Of a stretch of 64,000 nt of DNA, positions 28,950 to 46,646 are shown in pieces (within the stretch, counting starts at the first letter, position 1; every line of letters starts with the position of its first letter). Position numbers and translations under genes: made by a program. Under the pieces are notes generated by a model. The model saw only the letters and a program-made list of their open reading frames with translations. It searched no databases and had not been told where the DNA came from. Source of the DNA: Pirellulales bacterium (GTDB taxonomy: Bacteria > Planctomycetota > Planctomycetia > Pirellulales > JAICIG01); the NCBI GenBank assembly GCA_040901675.1, contig JBBDYJ010000035.1, forward strand, positions 160,001 through 224,000. The letters are read 5' to 3'.

Positions 28950-29855
28950 GTGATTGACGAAGCGGACAACTTGCCCGCCCAGCCGGATCATCCGGCCGAC
29001 GACGGGGTTGTCGGACCTTCCGCCGCCTCCCGCGACCCGTCTGCAGATCCGGCGTCGAATCCTCCGGAGGCGGGCGGTCAGAACGGCAACGTCATCGATG
29101 ACGGGGATCCGACCGGCGGACACCGTGCGGCCGAGGAGCTGCCGTCCGATGAGAACCTGCGCGATGAGCCGGATGCTGAATCGCTCCAAGCAACCGGCCG
29201 CCAACGAGCCGAGACATCGGCCGACCGGCCGGAACACGTCGAGCCTGAAGACTCCTCAGAGCCTGCCTCCGAAGACTCCGCCCCTATCTACGAAGACTCC
29301 GCCCCTGACGAGCCGGAGCAAAGGAAAATGGACTGGTACATCCTCAAGGTGCAGAGCAACCGCGAGGACTCGATCCGCGAGGCGCTGCAGCGGCGAATCA
29401 ACATCGCCGGCTTGGAGAAGTCCTTCGACGAGATCATCGTCCCCGTGGAGATGGTCTCGGAGTTCAAGAACGGCAAGAAGCGGGTGGTCAAGCGCAAGCT
29501 GTATCCGGGGTACATCGTCGTCCACATGGAACTGAACGAGGACACCTGGTTCCTGGTCCGCGAAACGCCGGGCATCGGCGACTTCACCGGCTCGGGCGGC
29601 AAGCCCAGCCCCATGCTGCCCCACGAGGTCAGCCGGATCATGGCCAAGCAGGAGGAGAAGACCGACGAGGCGCCCAAGCTCAAGATCAGCTTCAACACGG
29701 GCGACCGGGTGAAGATTACCGAGGGCACCTTCGAGAACTTCGAAGGCGACGTCGACAGCATCGACCAGGCCAACGGGCGGGTCACGGTGATGATCAACAT
29801 CTTTGGCCGCTCGACCCCCGTCGAGCTGGAGTACTGGCAAATCGAATCCCTTTGA
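28950..29855 (+). CDS. nusG: Transcription termination/antitermination factor NusG with long acidic N-terminal extension
   Basis: WYILKVQSNRE, KLYPGYI, VRETPGI, KOW GDRVKITEGTF…IFGRSTPVEL; start uncertain (GTG 28950 or ATG 29328). Confidence 0.95.
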   Translation: MIDEADNLPAQPDHPADDGVVGPSAASRDPSADPASNPPEAGGQNGNVIDDGDPTGGHRAAEELPSDENLRDEPDAESLQATGRQRAETSADRPEHVEPEDSSEPASEDSAPIYEDSAPDEPEQRKMDWYILKVQSNREDSIREALQRRINIAGLEKSFDEIIVPVEMVSEFKNGKKRVVKRKLYPGYIVVHMELNEDTWFLVRETPGIGDFTGSGGKPSPMLPHEVSRIMAKQEEKTDEAPKLKISFNTGDRVKITEGTFENFEGDVDSIDQANGRVTVMINIFGRSTPVELEYWQIESL

Positions 29856-29959
29856 ATCGCCGGCTGCCCCGCACGGCAGGGGCCATCGGCCGGTACCCGG
29901 AAACGCTGCCGGGAAGGGGCCGAAGAGACAATAAAATTTAGATACCCCCCAAAAGGACC

Positions 29960-30385
29960 ATGGCAAAACAACTCGTAGCGCAAGTAAAATTCCAGGTTCC
30001 CGGCGGCCAGGCCACCCCCGCGCCGCCGGTCGGTACCGCGCTGGGCCGGTTTGGCGTGAACCTCGGGCAGTTCGTCCAGCAGTTCAACGAGCGGACCCGA
30101 GAGGCCGGCGGCATGCCGATCCCCGTCGTTGTCAGCGTATACAACGACCGGTCTTTCGATTTCGTAACCAAGAGTCCCCCCGCGGCCGCTTTATTGAAAC
30201 AGGCTGCCGGCATCGCCAAGGGGTCCGGCGTTCCGAACAAGGAAAAGGTGGGCAAGGTCACGTCGGCTCAGATCGAGGACATCGTCAAGATGAAGCTGGC
30301 CGATTTGAACGCCCGCGACGTGAGCCACGCCAAGCGGATGATCGAGGGCACCGCACGCAGCATGGGGTTGCAGGTCGAAGGTTGA
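29960..30385 (+). CDS. rplK: 50S ribosomal protein L11
   Basis: [27 protein letters not shown]. Confidence 0.98.
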   Translation: MAKQLVAQVKFQVPGGQATPAPPVGTALGRFGVNLGQFVQQFNERTREAGGMPIPVVVSVYNDRSFDFVTKSPPAAALLKQAAGIAKGSGVPNKEKVGKVTSAQIEDIVKMKLADLNARDVSHAKRMIEGTARSMGLQVEG

Positions 30386-30400
30386 AAGTTCGCCAGCAGG

Positions 30401-30430
30401 GAATCACGGGAAACAGAATCACGGGAAACA
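30401..30430. repeat. 15-bp tandem duplication (GAATCACGGGAAACA x2) ending in the A of the rplA ATG
   Basis: Read directly from the sequence. Confidence 0.9.
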
Positions 30431-31110
30431 TGGCTAAGCAATCGAAGCGCTTCGCGGCCCTGGCCGCGAAAGTTCCTCTCGCGGCGCCCGTGCCCTTGGA
30501 GCAGGCCGTGGCCTTGCTCAAGGAGTTTGGCAACACCCGCTTCGACCAGTCGGTCGAGATCGCGATGCGGCTGGGGGTCGACGCCAAACAGGCCGACCAG
30601 CTCGTGCGCGGCTCGTTCGTCCTGCCGCACGGGATCGGCAAGTCGGTTCGCGTGATTGTGTTCGCCAAGGGGGACCTGGCCGAGCAGGCCAAGGCGGCCG
30701 GGGCCGACGAGGTGGGCACCGAGGAGATGGCCAAGCGGATCAAGGACGGCTGGACCGAGTTCGACGTGTGCATTGCCGCGCCGGACATGATGGGGCTGGT
30801 GGGTCCCTTGGGCCGCGTTTTGGGACCCCGCGGCCTGATGCCCTCGCCGCGGGCGGGGACCGTCACGCCCGACGTGGGCAAGACGGTCAAGGAGTACAAG
30901 GCGGGCAAGATCGAGTTCCGCAACGACGCGGGGGGGATCGTGCACGCCGCGGTGGGCAAGTTGAGCTTCGACGCGCAGAAGCTGGTGGACAACATTCAAG
31001 CTTTCATCAACCACATCCAGGCGATCAAACCGGCCGGCGTCAAGGGAAACTACCTGAAAGGGATCTCGATCAGCGCTACGATGAGCCCTGGCATCAAGGT
31101 CGCCGCCTAG
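30430..31110 (+). CDS. rplA: 50S ribosomal protein L1
   Basis: [34 protein letters not shown]. Confidence 0.98.
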   Translation: MAKQSKRFAALAAKVPLAAPVPLEQAVALLKEFGNTRFDQSVEIAMRLGVDAKQADQLVRGSFVLPHGIGKSVRVIVFAKGDLAEQAKAAGADEVGTEEMAKRIKDGWTEFDVCIAAPDMMGLVGPLGRVLGPRGLMPSPRAGTVTPDVGKTVKEYKAGKIEFRNDAGGIVHAAVGKLSFDAQKLVDNIQAFINHIQAIKPAGVKGNYLKGISISATMSPGIKVAA

Positions 31111-31133
31111 ACGAGCGGCTGGCGGCGGGCGAC

Positions 31134-31170
31134 AACAGCGTCCTAGAGAACAGCGTCCTAGAGAACAGCG
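31134..31170. repeat. 15-bp tandem repeat (AACAGCGTCCTAGAG x2.5) abutting the rplJ ATG
   Basis: Read directly from the sequence. Confidence 0.9.
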
Positions 31171-31749
31171 ATGAGCAAGTACGTCAAGGAGCTGATCACC
31201 CAAGACCTGCGCCGCCGCTTGCAGGGCGTGGACAACGCGCTCTTGGTGAGCGTGGCGGGTTTGGACGCCAACAAGAACAACCGGCTGCGGACGGCCCTGC
31301 GCGACAGCCACGCGCGGTTGTTGGTCGTCAAGAACAGCCTGGCTCGGCGAGCGGTCGAAGGAACCCCGCTGGCGGCGGCCTTCGAGCAGATGGAGGGCTC
31401 CTTGGCCGTCGTGTGGGGGAGCGACGACATCGTCTCGCTGGCCAAGCTGATTACCCGGCTCTCGGAAGACAAGCAGTTCGCGCCGTTCGAGGCCCGGGGC
31501 GGCGTCATGGACGGCGCCCGGCTTTCGGCCGACCAGGTGAAGCAGGTCAGCAAGTGGCCCAGCCGCGAAGAACAACTCAGCCTGCTGGTCGGGCAGATTC
31601 TCAGCCCCGCTGCCAATCTGGCCAGCCAGTTGACGAGCACCGCCGGCGCGCTGGCCAGCCAGATCAAACAACAGGCCGAGGAGCCGGCCGCCCCCGACGG
31701 CGACGGCGCCAGCGCAACCGATGCCCAAGCCGCGGCCAACCCAACATAG
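31171..31749 (+). CDS. rplJ: 50S ribosomal protein L10
   Basis: LRTALR…VVKNSLARRA, KWPSREE; synteny. Confidence 0.96.
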   Translation: MSKYVKELITQDLRRRLQGVDNALLVSVAGLDANKNNRLRTALRDSHARLLVVKNSLARRAVEGTPLAAAFEQMEGSLAVVWGSDDIVSLAKLITRLSEDKQFAPFEARGGVMDGARLSADQVKQVSKWPSREEQLSLLVGQILSPAANLASQLTSTAGALASQIKQQAEEPAAPDGDGASATDAQAAANPT

Positions 31750-31917
31750 CGTCGCCCAAGCCCGGCAGCAGCCGGGCAAACCATGGTCCGGCGAGCAATC
31801 GGGGCGGGCGCCCGATGAGTCGCCGGGACCGCAACAATCACGAGAGCCGAAACCGCGAGTGCCGCCGCTGAAGTTGGCCGGCGGCCTCGCACCAAAGTGC
31901 GAAAGGAGCTGGATCGT

Positions 31918-32328
31918 ATGGCGACCGACGCGGCCACCATGGAGTTTTCGTTAACCACCAAGGATCTCGGTGAAAAAATCGTGGGCCTCACGCTCAAGGA
32001 GGCCAAAGAGTTGAGCGACTACCTGGAACAGGTGCATGGCATCAAGCCGGCTGCCGGCGGCGCGGTGATGATTTCGCCGATGGAGGGAGCTGGCGCCGCT
32101 CCGGCGGCCGAGGCCAAGACCGAGTTCGACGTGGTCCTGGAAGGATTTGGCGACAAGAAGATCGGCGTGATCAAGGTCGTCCGGGCCGCCACCGGGCTGG
32201 GCTTGAAGGAAGCCAAGGACCTGGTCGAGGGCGTCCCCAGCAAAGTGAAGGAAGGCATCTCGAAGGAAGACGCCGAGAAGTTGAAGAAGGATCTCGAGGA
32301 AGCCGGCGCCACCGTCTCCATCAAGTAG
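31918..32328 (+). CDS. rplL: 50S ribosomal protein L7/L12
   Basis: [42 protein letters not shown]. Confidence 0.98.
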   Translation: MATDAATMEFSLTTKDLGEKIVGLTLKEAKELSDYLEQVHGIKPAAGGAVMISPMEGAGAAPAAEAKTEFDVVLEGFGDKKIGVIKVVRAATGLGLKEAKDLVEGVPSKVKEGISKEDAEKLKKDLEEAGATVSIK

Positions 32329-32554
32329 GCGTCGGCGCGTGCGCACGCAGGGAGGAGCACCGGGCCGTGGGCCCGGCGCGGTCCGAAACCGTTTGACCTT
32401 CACATTCACATTGCCCTCGAACCGATTTCCCTCGACCGCTGATGTCGCGCGGGGTCCGGTGAGCCGCTGCGCCGAAGGGGCCGCGGCGCTTGCCCCTCCA
32501 GCATCCGTTGGAGTGAGAAATGGTTTGAGTGAAATCGAAGGAGCATGATCGCCT

Positions 32555-35500
32555 ATGGCCACCTCGGCAGAACGACGCTTGCGACCCAAGGAAGTCCGCC
32601 GCTTCGGCTCGATCCAGAAACATCAGAGCATCCCCGATCTGACCGAAATCCAAACCCGCAGCTACGACGCCTTCCTGCAACTGGATCTCCCCCACGACAA
32701 ACGGAAAGACCAGGGGATCGAGGGCGTGCTGCGCGAAATCTTTCCCATCGAGAGCTACGACAAGACCCTGCAACTGGAATACGTCCGCTACGAACTCGGC
32801 AAGCCCCGCTACGAGCCCGATGAGTGCCGCCAGTTGCGGCTGACGTATGGCCGGCCGTTCAAGGTCTGGCTCAGGCTGACCAAGGCCGAGCCGATCGAGG
32901 AAGAGGTCTACCTGGGCGACATGCCGATCATGCTCGGCGGCGGCGAGTTCATCATCAACGGCGCCGAACGGGTCGTCGTCAGCCAGTTGCACCGCAGCCC
33001 CGGCGTCGACTTCGTCAGCGAGATGGAGGGCAACGAACGCCGCCTGCACAGTTGCCGCATCATCCCGGAGCGCGGCAGTTGGATCGAGCTCAACGTGAGC
33101 AAGAAAGAGGTCCTCACCGTCCGCATCGACCAGAGCGGGAAGTTCTCCGCCCTGACCCTGCTGCGGGCCATGGACCCCAAGTACAGCCAAAACGCCGAGC
33201 TGATCCGCTGCTTCTACGAGACCACCATCGAGAAAGTCGTCGATGGCCGCAGCGTCAGCAAGATCGAAGGCAAGATCGCCGTGAGCGACGTGGTCTACCC
33301 GGCCAACAGCGAGAAGGCCGGTGAGATCATCCTGGAAACCGGCCAGAAAATCAGCAAGAACGCGGCCGAGCTGATCTGCACTTCGGGGTTGGCGTCGATC
33401 GAAGTCATGGCCGACGTCAAGGATCCCTTGATCTTCAACAGCCTGCAGGAAGACACGACCGGCAGCCACGAAGAAGCTCTTCTGAAGATCTACCAGCGCC
33501 TCCGCCCCGGAAATCCTCCCCAGTTGGAGAAGGCCCGCGCGCTGTTCCACGAGAAATTCTTCGACACCAACCGCTACCGGCTGGGCAAGGTCGGCCGCTT
33601 CCGCATCAATCGCAAGCTGGGGCTGAACATTCCCGAAAGCGAAATGACCTTGCGGCCCGACGACCTGATCGCCTCGATCAAGTATCTCTTGAGGCTGCGG
33701 GCCGACGATCCCTCGGTCGAAATCGACGACATCGATCACCTGGGCAACCGCCGCCTGCGGACCATCGACGAGCTGGCCTGCGACGAACTGCGCAAAGGCT
33801 TTCTCAAGCTCCGCCGCACCGTCCAGGAGCGGATGAGCCTCAAGGACCTGGAAGACATGACGCCGCGGGCACTGATCAATCCCAAGAGCATTTCGGCGGC
33901 CATCGAGTACTTCTTCGGCCGCGGCGAGCTGTCGCAAGTCGTCGACCAGACAAACCCCTTGTCGATGCTGACGCACGAGCGGCGGCTTTCCGCGCTGGGC
34001 CCCGGCGGTCTGAACCGCAAGCGGGCCGGCTTCGAGGTCCGCGACGTGCACATCTCCCACTACGGCCGCATCTGCCCCATCGAGACCCCCGAAGGCACCA
34101 ACATCGGCTTGATCTCCAGCCTGGCCATCTATGCCGGCGTCGACGAGTACGGCTTCCTGGTCACTCCCTACCGCAAGGTTTCCAAAGGCAAACTGACCGA
34201 CGACGTCGTCTGGCTGCGGGCCGACCAGGAAAGCGAGGCCTATCTGGCCCCGGCCGATACTCCCGTGCAGGGAGGCAAGCTGCAAGGCGGCTCGCAAGGC
34301 GATAACATCATTGCCCGTTACCGGGCCGACTTCGAGCTGGTGCCGATCGACAAGATCGAGTACATCGACGTGGCGCCCAGCCAGATGGTGGGCGTGTCGG
34401 CCGGCTTGATCCCCTTCTTGGAGCACGACGACGCCAACCGGGCCCTGATGGGCTCCAACATGCAGCGGCAGGCGGTTCCCTTGCTGGTCACCGAGCCGCC
34501 CATCGTGGCCACCGGCATGGAACGCGACGTGGCCCAGAACTCCGGCATGCTCGTGCGGGCCCGCAAGAAAGGCACCGTCTCCTACGTCGACGCCGAGCGG
34601 ATCGTGGTCGGCGACGACGTCTACGTCCTGCGAAAGTACGTGGGCCTCAACGAGCGGACCTGCCAGAACCAGCGCCCCATCGTCACGCCCGGCCAGAAGG
34701 TCGAGAAGGGCGAGGTCATCGCCGACGGCGCCGGCACCTTCCGGGGCGAGCTGGCCCTGGGACGCAACGTGCTGGTCGGCTTCATGGCCTGGGACGGTTT
34801 CAATTTCGAGGACGCCATCATCATCAGCGAGGAATTGGTCAAGGACGATACCTACACCTCGGTGCACATCGAGGAGTTCGATATCGAAATCCGCGAGACC
34901 AAGCTGGGCCGCGAGGAGTTCACCCGCGACATCCCCAACGTGAGCGAGAAGGCCCTGCGCAACCTGGATGAAGGGGGCATCGTCCAGATCGGCACCTTCG
35001 TGCGCCCCGGCGACATCCTGGTCGGCAAGGTGTCGCCCAAGAGCAAGACCGAGCTGACGCCTGAGGAAAAGCTGCTGCACGCCATTTTCGGCCGCGCCGG
35101 CGAGGACGTGAAAAACGACTCGCTGGAAGTCCCCTCGGGCGTGGAGGGAATCGTGATCGATACGCAGAAATTCTCACGCCGCCTCAGTCTCTCGGAGGAC
35201 GAGCGCAAGGCCTTCGAAAAGCAGCTCAAGGAAGCCGAGGCCGAGGGCAACGCCCGCATCGCCGAGGCCTTCGGCGGGCTGATCGAGGAGATGGAGGGCA
35301 TCCTGCAGCGGCAGCTCACCGACGAGGATGGCAACCCGCTGGTCCGCGACCAGGAACACAAGTACGTGGCCGAGCAGGCCCACCGCTTCAAGCTCGACAG
35401 CCTCGACATCCGCAGCCCGCAGCGCAAGGCCGACGTGGAAAAGGCCTGGAAGGCGCGGCATCCGCTGGTCGAGGTGGCCATCGACGAGCGCGACCGGCGG

Positions 35501-36277
35501 CTCAACTCGATGAAGCGCGGCGACGAGCTGCGCAGCGGCGTCTTGCAGATGGTCAAGGTCTACATTGCCGCCAAGCGGGTCATCTCCGTGGGCGACAAGA
35601 TGGCCGGCCGCCACGGCAACAAGGGTGTGATCGCCAAGATCCTGCCCCAGGAGGACATGCCTTTCCTGGCCGACGGCACGCCACTGCAGATCATGCTCAA
35701 TCCGCTGGGCGTCCCCAGCCGCATGAACGTGGGCCAGATCCTGGAAACCCACCTGGGGTGGGCCGGCGCCCATCTCGGTTTCCAGGCCATCACCCCGGTC
35801 TTCGATGGGGCCACCGAGGAAGTGATCCGGCAGTGCCTGGTGGAAGCCGGCCTGCCCAAGCACGGCAAGGCCCAGTTGCACGACGGCCGCACCGGCGTGC
35901 CCCTCGAGCAGGAAACCACCGTGGGCTACATCTACATGCTCAAGCTCCACCACCTGGTCGACGACAAGGTGCACGCCCGCTCGACCGGCCCCTACTCGCT
36001 GATCACGCAGCAGCCCCTGGGCGGCAAGGCCCGCTTCGGCGGACAGCGGTTCGGGGAAATGGAGGTCTGGGCCCTGGAGGCATACGGGGCGGCCTACATC
36101 CTGCAGGAGCTCTTGACCGTCAAGAGCGACGACGTCGAAGGACGGACCAAGATTTACGAATCGATGGTCAAGGGAGAGAACACGCTGGAAGCCGGCACCC
36201 CGGCCAGCTTCGACGTGCTCACCAACGAAATCCGCGGCCTGGGGCTGAACATGCAGTTGGAGAAGCGCACCATCTAG
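32555..36277 (+). CDS. rpoB: RNA polymerase beta subunit
   Basis: [41 protein letters not shown]. Confidence 0.99.
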   Translation: MATSAERRLRPKEVRRFGSIQKHQSIPDLTEIQTRSYDAFLQLDLPHDKRKDQGIEGVLREIFPIESYDKTLQLEYVRYELGKPRYEPDECRQLRLTYGRPFKVWLRLTKAEPIEEEVYLGDMPIMLGGGEFIINGAERVVVSQLHRSPGVDFVSEMEGNERRLHSCRIIPERGSWIELNVSKKEVLTVRIDQSGKFSALTLLRAMDPKYSQNAELIRCFYETTIEKVVDGRSVSKIEGKIAVSDVVYPANSEKAGEIILETGQKISKNAAELICTSGLASIEVMADVKDPLIFNSLQEDTTGSHEEALLKIYQRLRPGNPPQLEKARALFHEKFFDTNRYRLGKVGRFRINRKLGLNIPESEMTLRPDDLIASIKYLLRLRADDPSVEIDDIDHLGNRRLRTIDELACDELRKGFLKLRRTVQERMSLKDLEDMTPRALINPKSISAAIEYFFGRGELSQVVDQTNPLSMLTHERRLSALGPGGLNRKRAGFEVRDVHISHYGRICPIETPEGTNIGLISSLAIYAGVDEYGFLVTPYRKVSKGKLTDDVVWLRADQESEAYLAPADTPVQGGKLQGGSQGDNIIARYRADFELVPIDKIEYIDVAPSQMVGVSAGLIPFLEHDDANRALMGSNMQRQAVPLLVTEPPIVATGMERDVAQNSGMLVRARKKGTVSYVDAERIVVGDDVYVLRKYVGLNERTCQNQRPIVTPGQKVEKGEVIADGAGTFRGELALGRNVLVGFMAWDGFNFEDAIIISEELVKDDTYTSVHIEEFDIEIRETKLGREEFTRDIPNVSEKALRNLDEGGIVQIGTFVRPGDILVGKVSPKSKTELTPEEKLLHAIFGRAGEDVKNDSLEVPSGVEGIVIDTQKFSRRLSLSEDERKAFEKQLKEAEAEGNARIAEAFGGLIEEMEGILQRQLTDEDGNPLVRDQEHKYVAEQAHRFKLDSLDIRSPQRKADVEKAWKARHPLVEVAIDERDRRLNSMKRGDELRSGVLQMVKVYIAAKRVISVGDKMAGRHGNKGVIAKILPQEDMPFLADGTPLQIMLNPLGVPSRMNVGQILETHLGWAGAHLGFQAITPVFDGATEEVIRQCLVEAGLPKHGKAQLHDGRTGVPLEQETTVGYIYMLKLHHLVDDKVHARSTGPYSLITQQPLGGKARFGGQRFGEMEVWALEAYGAAYILQELLTVKSDDVEGRTKIYESMVKGENTLEAGTPASFDVLTNEIRGLGLNMQLEKRTI

Positions 36278-36375
36278 CCCTTGGCCCCGGCGCGCCCTTG
36301 GCCCCGTTGGCACTTAAAAAAAAGCATATTCTCGTTTTTGCCACCGCAAGGTGTACCCGATAGGAGCGTAACCCA

Positions 36376-40722
<4,347 letters not shown>

Positions 40723-40739
40723 TCGTTGGCATTGCCGGT

Positions 40740-40980
40740 GCGTTGTCCGTACGACGGATGGGCAAACGGCGAGACCGCAAACCGGCGAAGTTGGTCACGT
40801 TCCCCGACGGGTCCGTGAGGACGAACGTCCAGCTCGCCCGGTCGAAGGCCAGCGTCTGCTTCGAGCCGAAGCGGGCCGTGGGTTGGCCATTCTCCATGTC
40901 GAACCAGAGCTGCGCGTTGGACTGGCCCTGGACCACGTAGCCCAGCAACTTGGCCCTGGCCCCCGATGCGCTGCACCGAC
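40740..40980 (-). pseudogene. Frameshifted fragment resembling the N-terminal part of an RHS/YD-repeat protein
   Basis: YVVQGQSNAQLWFDMENGQPTARFGSKQTLAFDRASWTFVLTDPSGNVTNF; plausible continuation in a neighbouring frame at both ends; resemblance recognised from memory. Confidence 0.5.
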
Positions 40981-41069
40981 AATTACGCCCCGTGGCGGTT
41001 ACCGCAGAGAATCATCGACCGACTCGCTGAGCTGGCCACGTGAGCGTCAAAGATCTCGAGACAGTGCAG

Positions 41070-41783
41070 CTAAGTTCTTAATAGCCCTTTACGTATCACC
41101 TCAAGGTAAGGCGTGCCGCATTTCTGTGTCATGACAGCCTGCGCGGCTGTCCAATGCCTAGCGGCAATGGACTCATTGAAGGCAAAGCCTAGAGCCAACT
41201 TGTCGCGATACAGTTTCAAGTCGCCTGGACAGAATCTAACTCGGAAAAAGAAGTCGAGTACACTCGCACTTGAAGTGCCCGAGCTATAGTCCCCGACCCA
41301 TTCGCTCAGCAGAACGGAGAACATATCTCCTGACGGGCATGCAATCCGAGACGCCAAAATAGCGTCGAAAAAGCAATCGATCACCGGTGGTTCGTGCAAC
41401 GTCTCTTGGACATTTCCTCCAGATGCCATCATTGTGTCACAGTCGTGCGTGGGTTCGAAGGCAGATACCCACCGTTTGATCGTCATCCGCAATTGCTGAA
41501 ACACAAAAGCCATCAGGTTGGCATGCTCCAGTTCCGCAGCCGACGTTGCAATAAACCGCGCGACGCTTTCCACCACGAGACATGAATCAGGCCGCATGCC
41601 TGCCACAAAGTCGATCGCGTTCGGAAGATGGATCACAGACTGATCGAAGTCATCCGAAAGGAAATATGAGTAGTCGCAGGCATCAAACGAAGAGTAATCC
41701 TCCTGCATACGACGAACGATCGTCCCTTCCGACCCCCAGTATCCTAGCCCGGCCAGCCAGTCAGCAACAGCCTGCTTCAACAT
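41070..41783 (-). CDS. Low-GC hypothetical protein (possible orphan immunity protein)
   Basis: 237-aa ORF with AAGGAG RBS; atypical codon usage. Confidence 0.6.
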   Translation of the reverse strand: MLKQAVADWLAGLGYWGSEGTIVRRMQEDYSSFDACDYSYFLSDDFDQSVIHLPNAIDFVAGMRPDSCLVVESVARFIATSAAELEHANLMAFVFQQLRMTIKRWVSAFEPTHDCDTMMASGGNVQETLHEPPVIDCFFDAILASRIACPSGDMFSVLLSEWVGDYSSGTSSASVLDFFFRVRFCPGDLKLYRDKLALGFAFNESIAARHWTAAQAVMTQKCGTPYLEVIRKGLLRT

Positions 41784-41985
41784 GTGACGACTCCTTGTTA
41801 ATTGGCACTTGCGAAGCGCAATTCAGTTGTGGCAGCGAGCCCCCCAAGTTAAAGCTCGTTTCGCGACAGGAGCTCCAAGGCAGCGAAAGCGGAGAACGGC
41901 GTTCACGCCACCGAGAAGCTCCGTTTTGCCTTTGGCTGGCCCCTTTTGCTCCGCGAGGAAAGAAAGGGGACGGTCAGTGTGCTCA

Positions 41986-42040
41986 CAAAAGTAGAATGTC
42001 CCGTTGTTCTCCTCAAAAGTAGAATGTCCCCTTGTTCTCC
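41986..42040. repeat. 28-bp-period tandem duplication CAAAAGTAGAATGTCCC(G/C)TTGTTCTCC
   Basis: Units 41986-42012 and 42014-42040, one mismatch. Confidence 0.9.
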
Positions 42041-42091
42041 CAGCTCGGTCACCCGATCGTGGATCAGGCGCCCGAGCTTGTCGATGGAACG

Positions 42092-42829
42092 CTAACACCG
42101 ACGCCGCCGCTTGGGCATCCCACTTCGCTTCGCCTTCTCAATGACTAGCCCTTCAGCGGGTTCTTTTGCCGCCTCATCAGGAGTCTGCCCTCGGTTGTCG
42201 CGCGCGTTGCGCCACGCACCATGTTCCACGAGGATCTTCGCAATCGCAGGCTCCTCCCCTAACACCGCATAATGAAGCGGGGTTCGACCAGTGTTGTCCC
42301 GCACATTTACGGGCACATTGCGAGATAATAACAGCCGCACCGTCCGCATCTGACCTGCCAAAGCAGCCTCATGCAGCGGTGCCGCTGTGTCCCCCGACCT
42401 GGCATTCACATTCGCACCAGCTCTCACCAGACGAGCGGCAATTCTCTCTGCTTTCCGCCACTCCTCAAGCGATGGAAACAGGCTGCATGCTATGAGCAGC
42501 GGAGTCCGCCCTTTGTCATCCACTGCATCGACCTGGGCGCCGGCTCGGAGCAACTGGTCGACAGCGCCGAGTGAGTCTACCCAAACCGCCATGTGCAATG
42601 GCATCCAGCCAAAGAACTCGTCCCGACTATCGACCGCCGCCCCTGCCTTGATCAGCGCGCGAACGATTTGCTCACGCGCCCTAGAGTAACACCCAAGCGC
42701 ACCGTGCAGCGGAGTGCTCCCACGATCACCGCGCAGGTTTACATCAGCACCGGCTGACAACAGCGCGCGTACTGCGTTGTAGTCTCCTCTGCGTGCAGCA
42801 CGGTACAGCGACGCCGCTTCTTTAGTCAT
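42092..42829 (-). CDS. Ankyrin-repeat protein
   Basis: Repeated GxTPLH/LL…GADVN units (GSTPLHGA, GWMPLHMA, GRTPLLIA, APLHEAA, GRTPLHYA). Confidence 0.92.
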   Translation of the reverse strand: MTKEAASLYRAARRGDYNAVRALLSAGADVNLRGDRGSTPLHGALGCYSRAREQIVRALIKAGAAVDSRDEFFGWMPLHMAVWVDSLGAVDQLLRAGAQVDAVDDKGRTPLLIACSLFPSLEEWRKAERIAARLVRAGANVNARSGDTAAPLHEAALAGQMRTVRLLLSRNVPVNVRDNTGRTPLHYAVLGEEPAIAKILVEHGAWRNARDNRGQTPDEAAKEPAEGLVIEKAKRSGMPKRRRRC

Positions 42830-42896
42830 TAGTATCGCCGTCGTGCATCGCCTTTTTCGGGGTCACCTGACTGTCGCCCGCTTGCACTTGCTGCCT

Positions 42897-45243
<2,347 letters not shown>

Positions 45244-45631
45244 GGCGATCCTCAACTTCCCTCCAGCGTAGCAGACGCGGCGCTCCAGCGGCAGCCAGGC
45301 ACTGCCGCGCGCAAAAAAAACCTCGAGGTAACGACTCCCAGCGCCGCTTCGGTCTCCACCAAGGAAACCTCACAGCCGTCGGCCTCGAGGTCTACGTCGT
45401 CGCGAACAAGTCCGCGACAACACCCTTTACTCTATCGAAACGCTCCATGCGATGCAATAGCTGCGCTGGGTTCAGACGCGCGCGGGAAGCAGGAAGCCGC
45501 AAGCGGGACGCGCGATGGAGAGGCAAGACGCCCAAGCCGACGCGCTGCCCGAGGCGCGAGCGAGACGAGAGAGAACAGCGACGCGCTTCGGAAACCATCG
45601 GCCGGTTGCTTCAACAGTTATTCGGCCCGAT

Positions 45632-46474
45632 CTAGTTCAGCTCGGCGACCATCCGCCGAGCCGAGCGAAGATATGGCTTCAGTGCCTGGGCCTGCTCGGC
45701 CGAACAATCGGCCAGGTATTGCTCGAGGAGTTTCAAGGCGTGCACGGCGTCCCCCGTGCGCAAGTACATCAGTCCCAGGTCGCGCCCTTCGTCGGCCACA
45801 CCCGGCAGCAGCAGCGCCAGGCGCTGTTGCACCTTCAGGGCCGCCGCCCAGTTGCTGTGCATGACGTGGGCGGCCTTGAGGTTTCGCAAGATGCGGGTGC
45901 CTATCTGCAAGGCGGTGGCGGGGCGGAAGTGCTCGTCGGAAAGGACGCCCGGCTCGCCCAGCAACTGCTCGATCCGGCTGCGGCACGTTTCGCGGTCGAG
46001 CACGGTGCCCAATGAAAACGGATCGACGTACAACGTTTCGCCCCGTTCGAAGCAGCCCAGGACAAAGTGTCCGGGCGCAGCGACCCCATGAATCGCCAGG
46101 CCGGCCCGGGCCGCCACGGCCAGGTACACGATGCCCAACGATATAGGGATGCCCAGGCGGCGGTCGAGCACTTCGTTGAGGTAGCTGTTGCGCGGGTCGT
46201 AATATGCGTCGGTGTTGCCGCGAAAGCCCTCGTCGGCGTACAGCAACTCGCTGATCACGGCCAGCCGCTCGCGGAGCGTTTGCCCGGTCGAGCGCGAACT
46301 CAGCCGTTCGTCCGCCAGGCGGCCCAGGCGATCGAGCTCGGCCAGGCAGGCGGCCGGGTCGAGCCCGGGGTAGGCATCGGCGGCATATTCCAGCATCAGC
46401 CGCACCAGGTCCACGTCGTCGCGACGGGCCAGCAGCTTGTGGAATTCGACGTCGCTGGTGAAGGCCGGCGGCAT
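45632..46474 (-). CDS. SirB1/transglutaminase-like protein with C-terminal TPR
   Basis: GFRGNTDAYYDPRNSYLNEVLDRRLGIPISL, PGHF, VDPF, RILRNLK. Confidence 0.9.
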   Translation of the reverse strand: MPPAFTSDVEFHKLLARRDDVDLVRLMLEYAADAYPGLDPAACLAELDRLGRLADERLSSRSTGQTLRERLAVISELLYADEGFRGNTDAYYDPRNSYLNEVLDRRLGIPISLGIVYLAVAARAGLAIHGVAAPGHFVLGCFERGETLYVDPFSLGTVLDRETCRSRIEQLLGEPGVLSDEHFRPATALQIGTRILRNLKAAHVMHSNWAAALKVQQRLALLLPGVADEGRDLGLMYLRTGDAVHALKLLEQYLADCSAEQAQALKPYLRSARRMVAELN

Positions 46475-46646
46475 GGTCGAGCCGTCGATAAAAGACGCGA
46501 GAAAACCCTATCAAATTCTAGGTCGGGCCCGGTGGTTTGACAATCTGGCTGCCGGCGGATGGCCGCCACGCTGGCCGCCGCCGCCGGACCTAAGTAGAAT
46601 CGTAATTTGGGTCTTTGTTGTCCCCGGTCCCCTGGGAGCGGTGTCG

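Noticed and set aside
41823..42098. 91-aa ORF as a toxin C-terminal remnant
   Set aside because: It runs through repeat sequence and has no recognisable motif or RBS.
45245..45630. Possible small gene or ncRNA in the 385-bp spacer
   Set aside because: Only low-complexity ORFs and decayed palindromic fragments; no recognisable RNA family.
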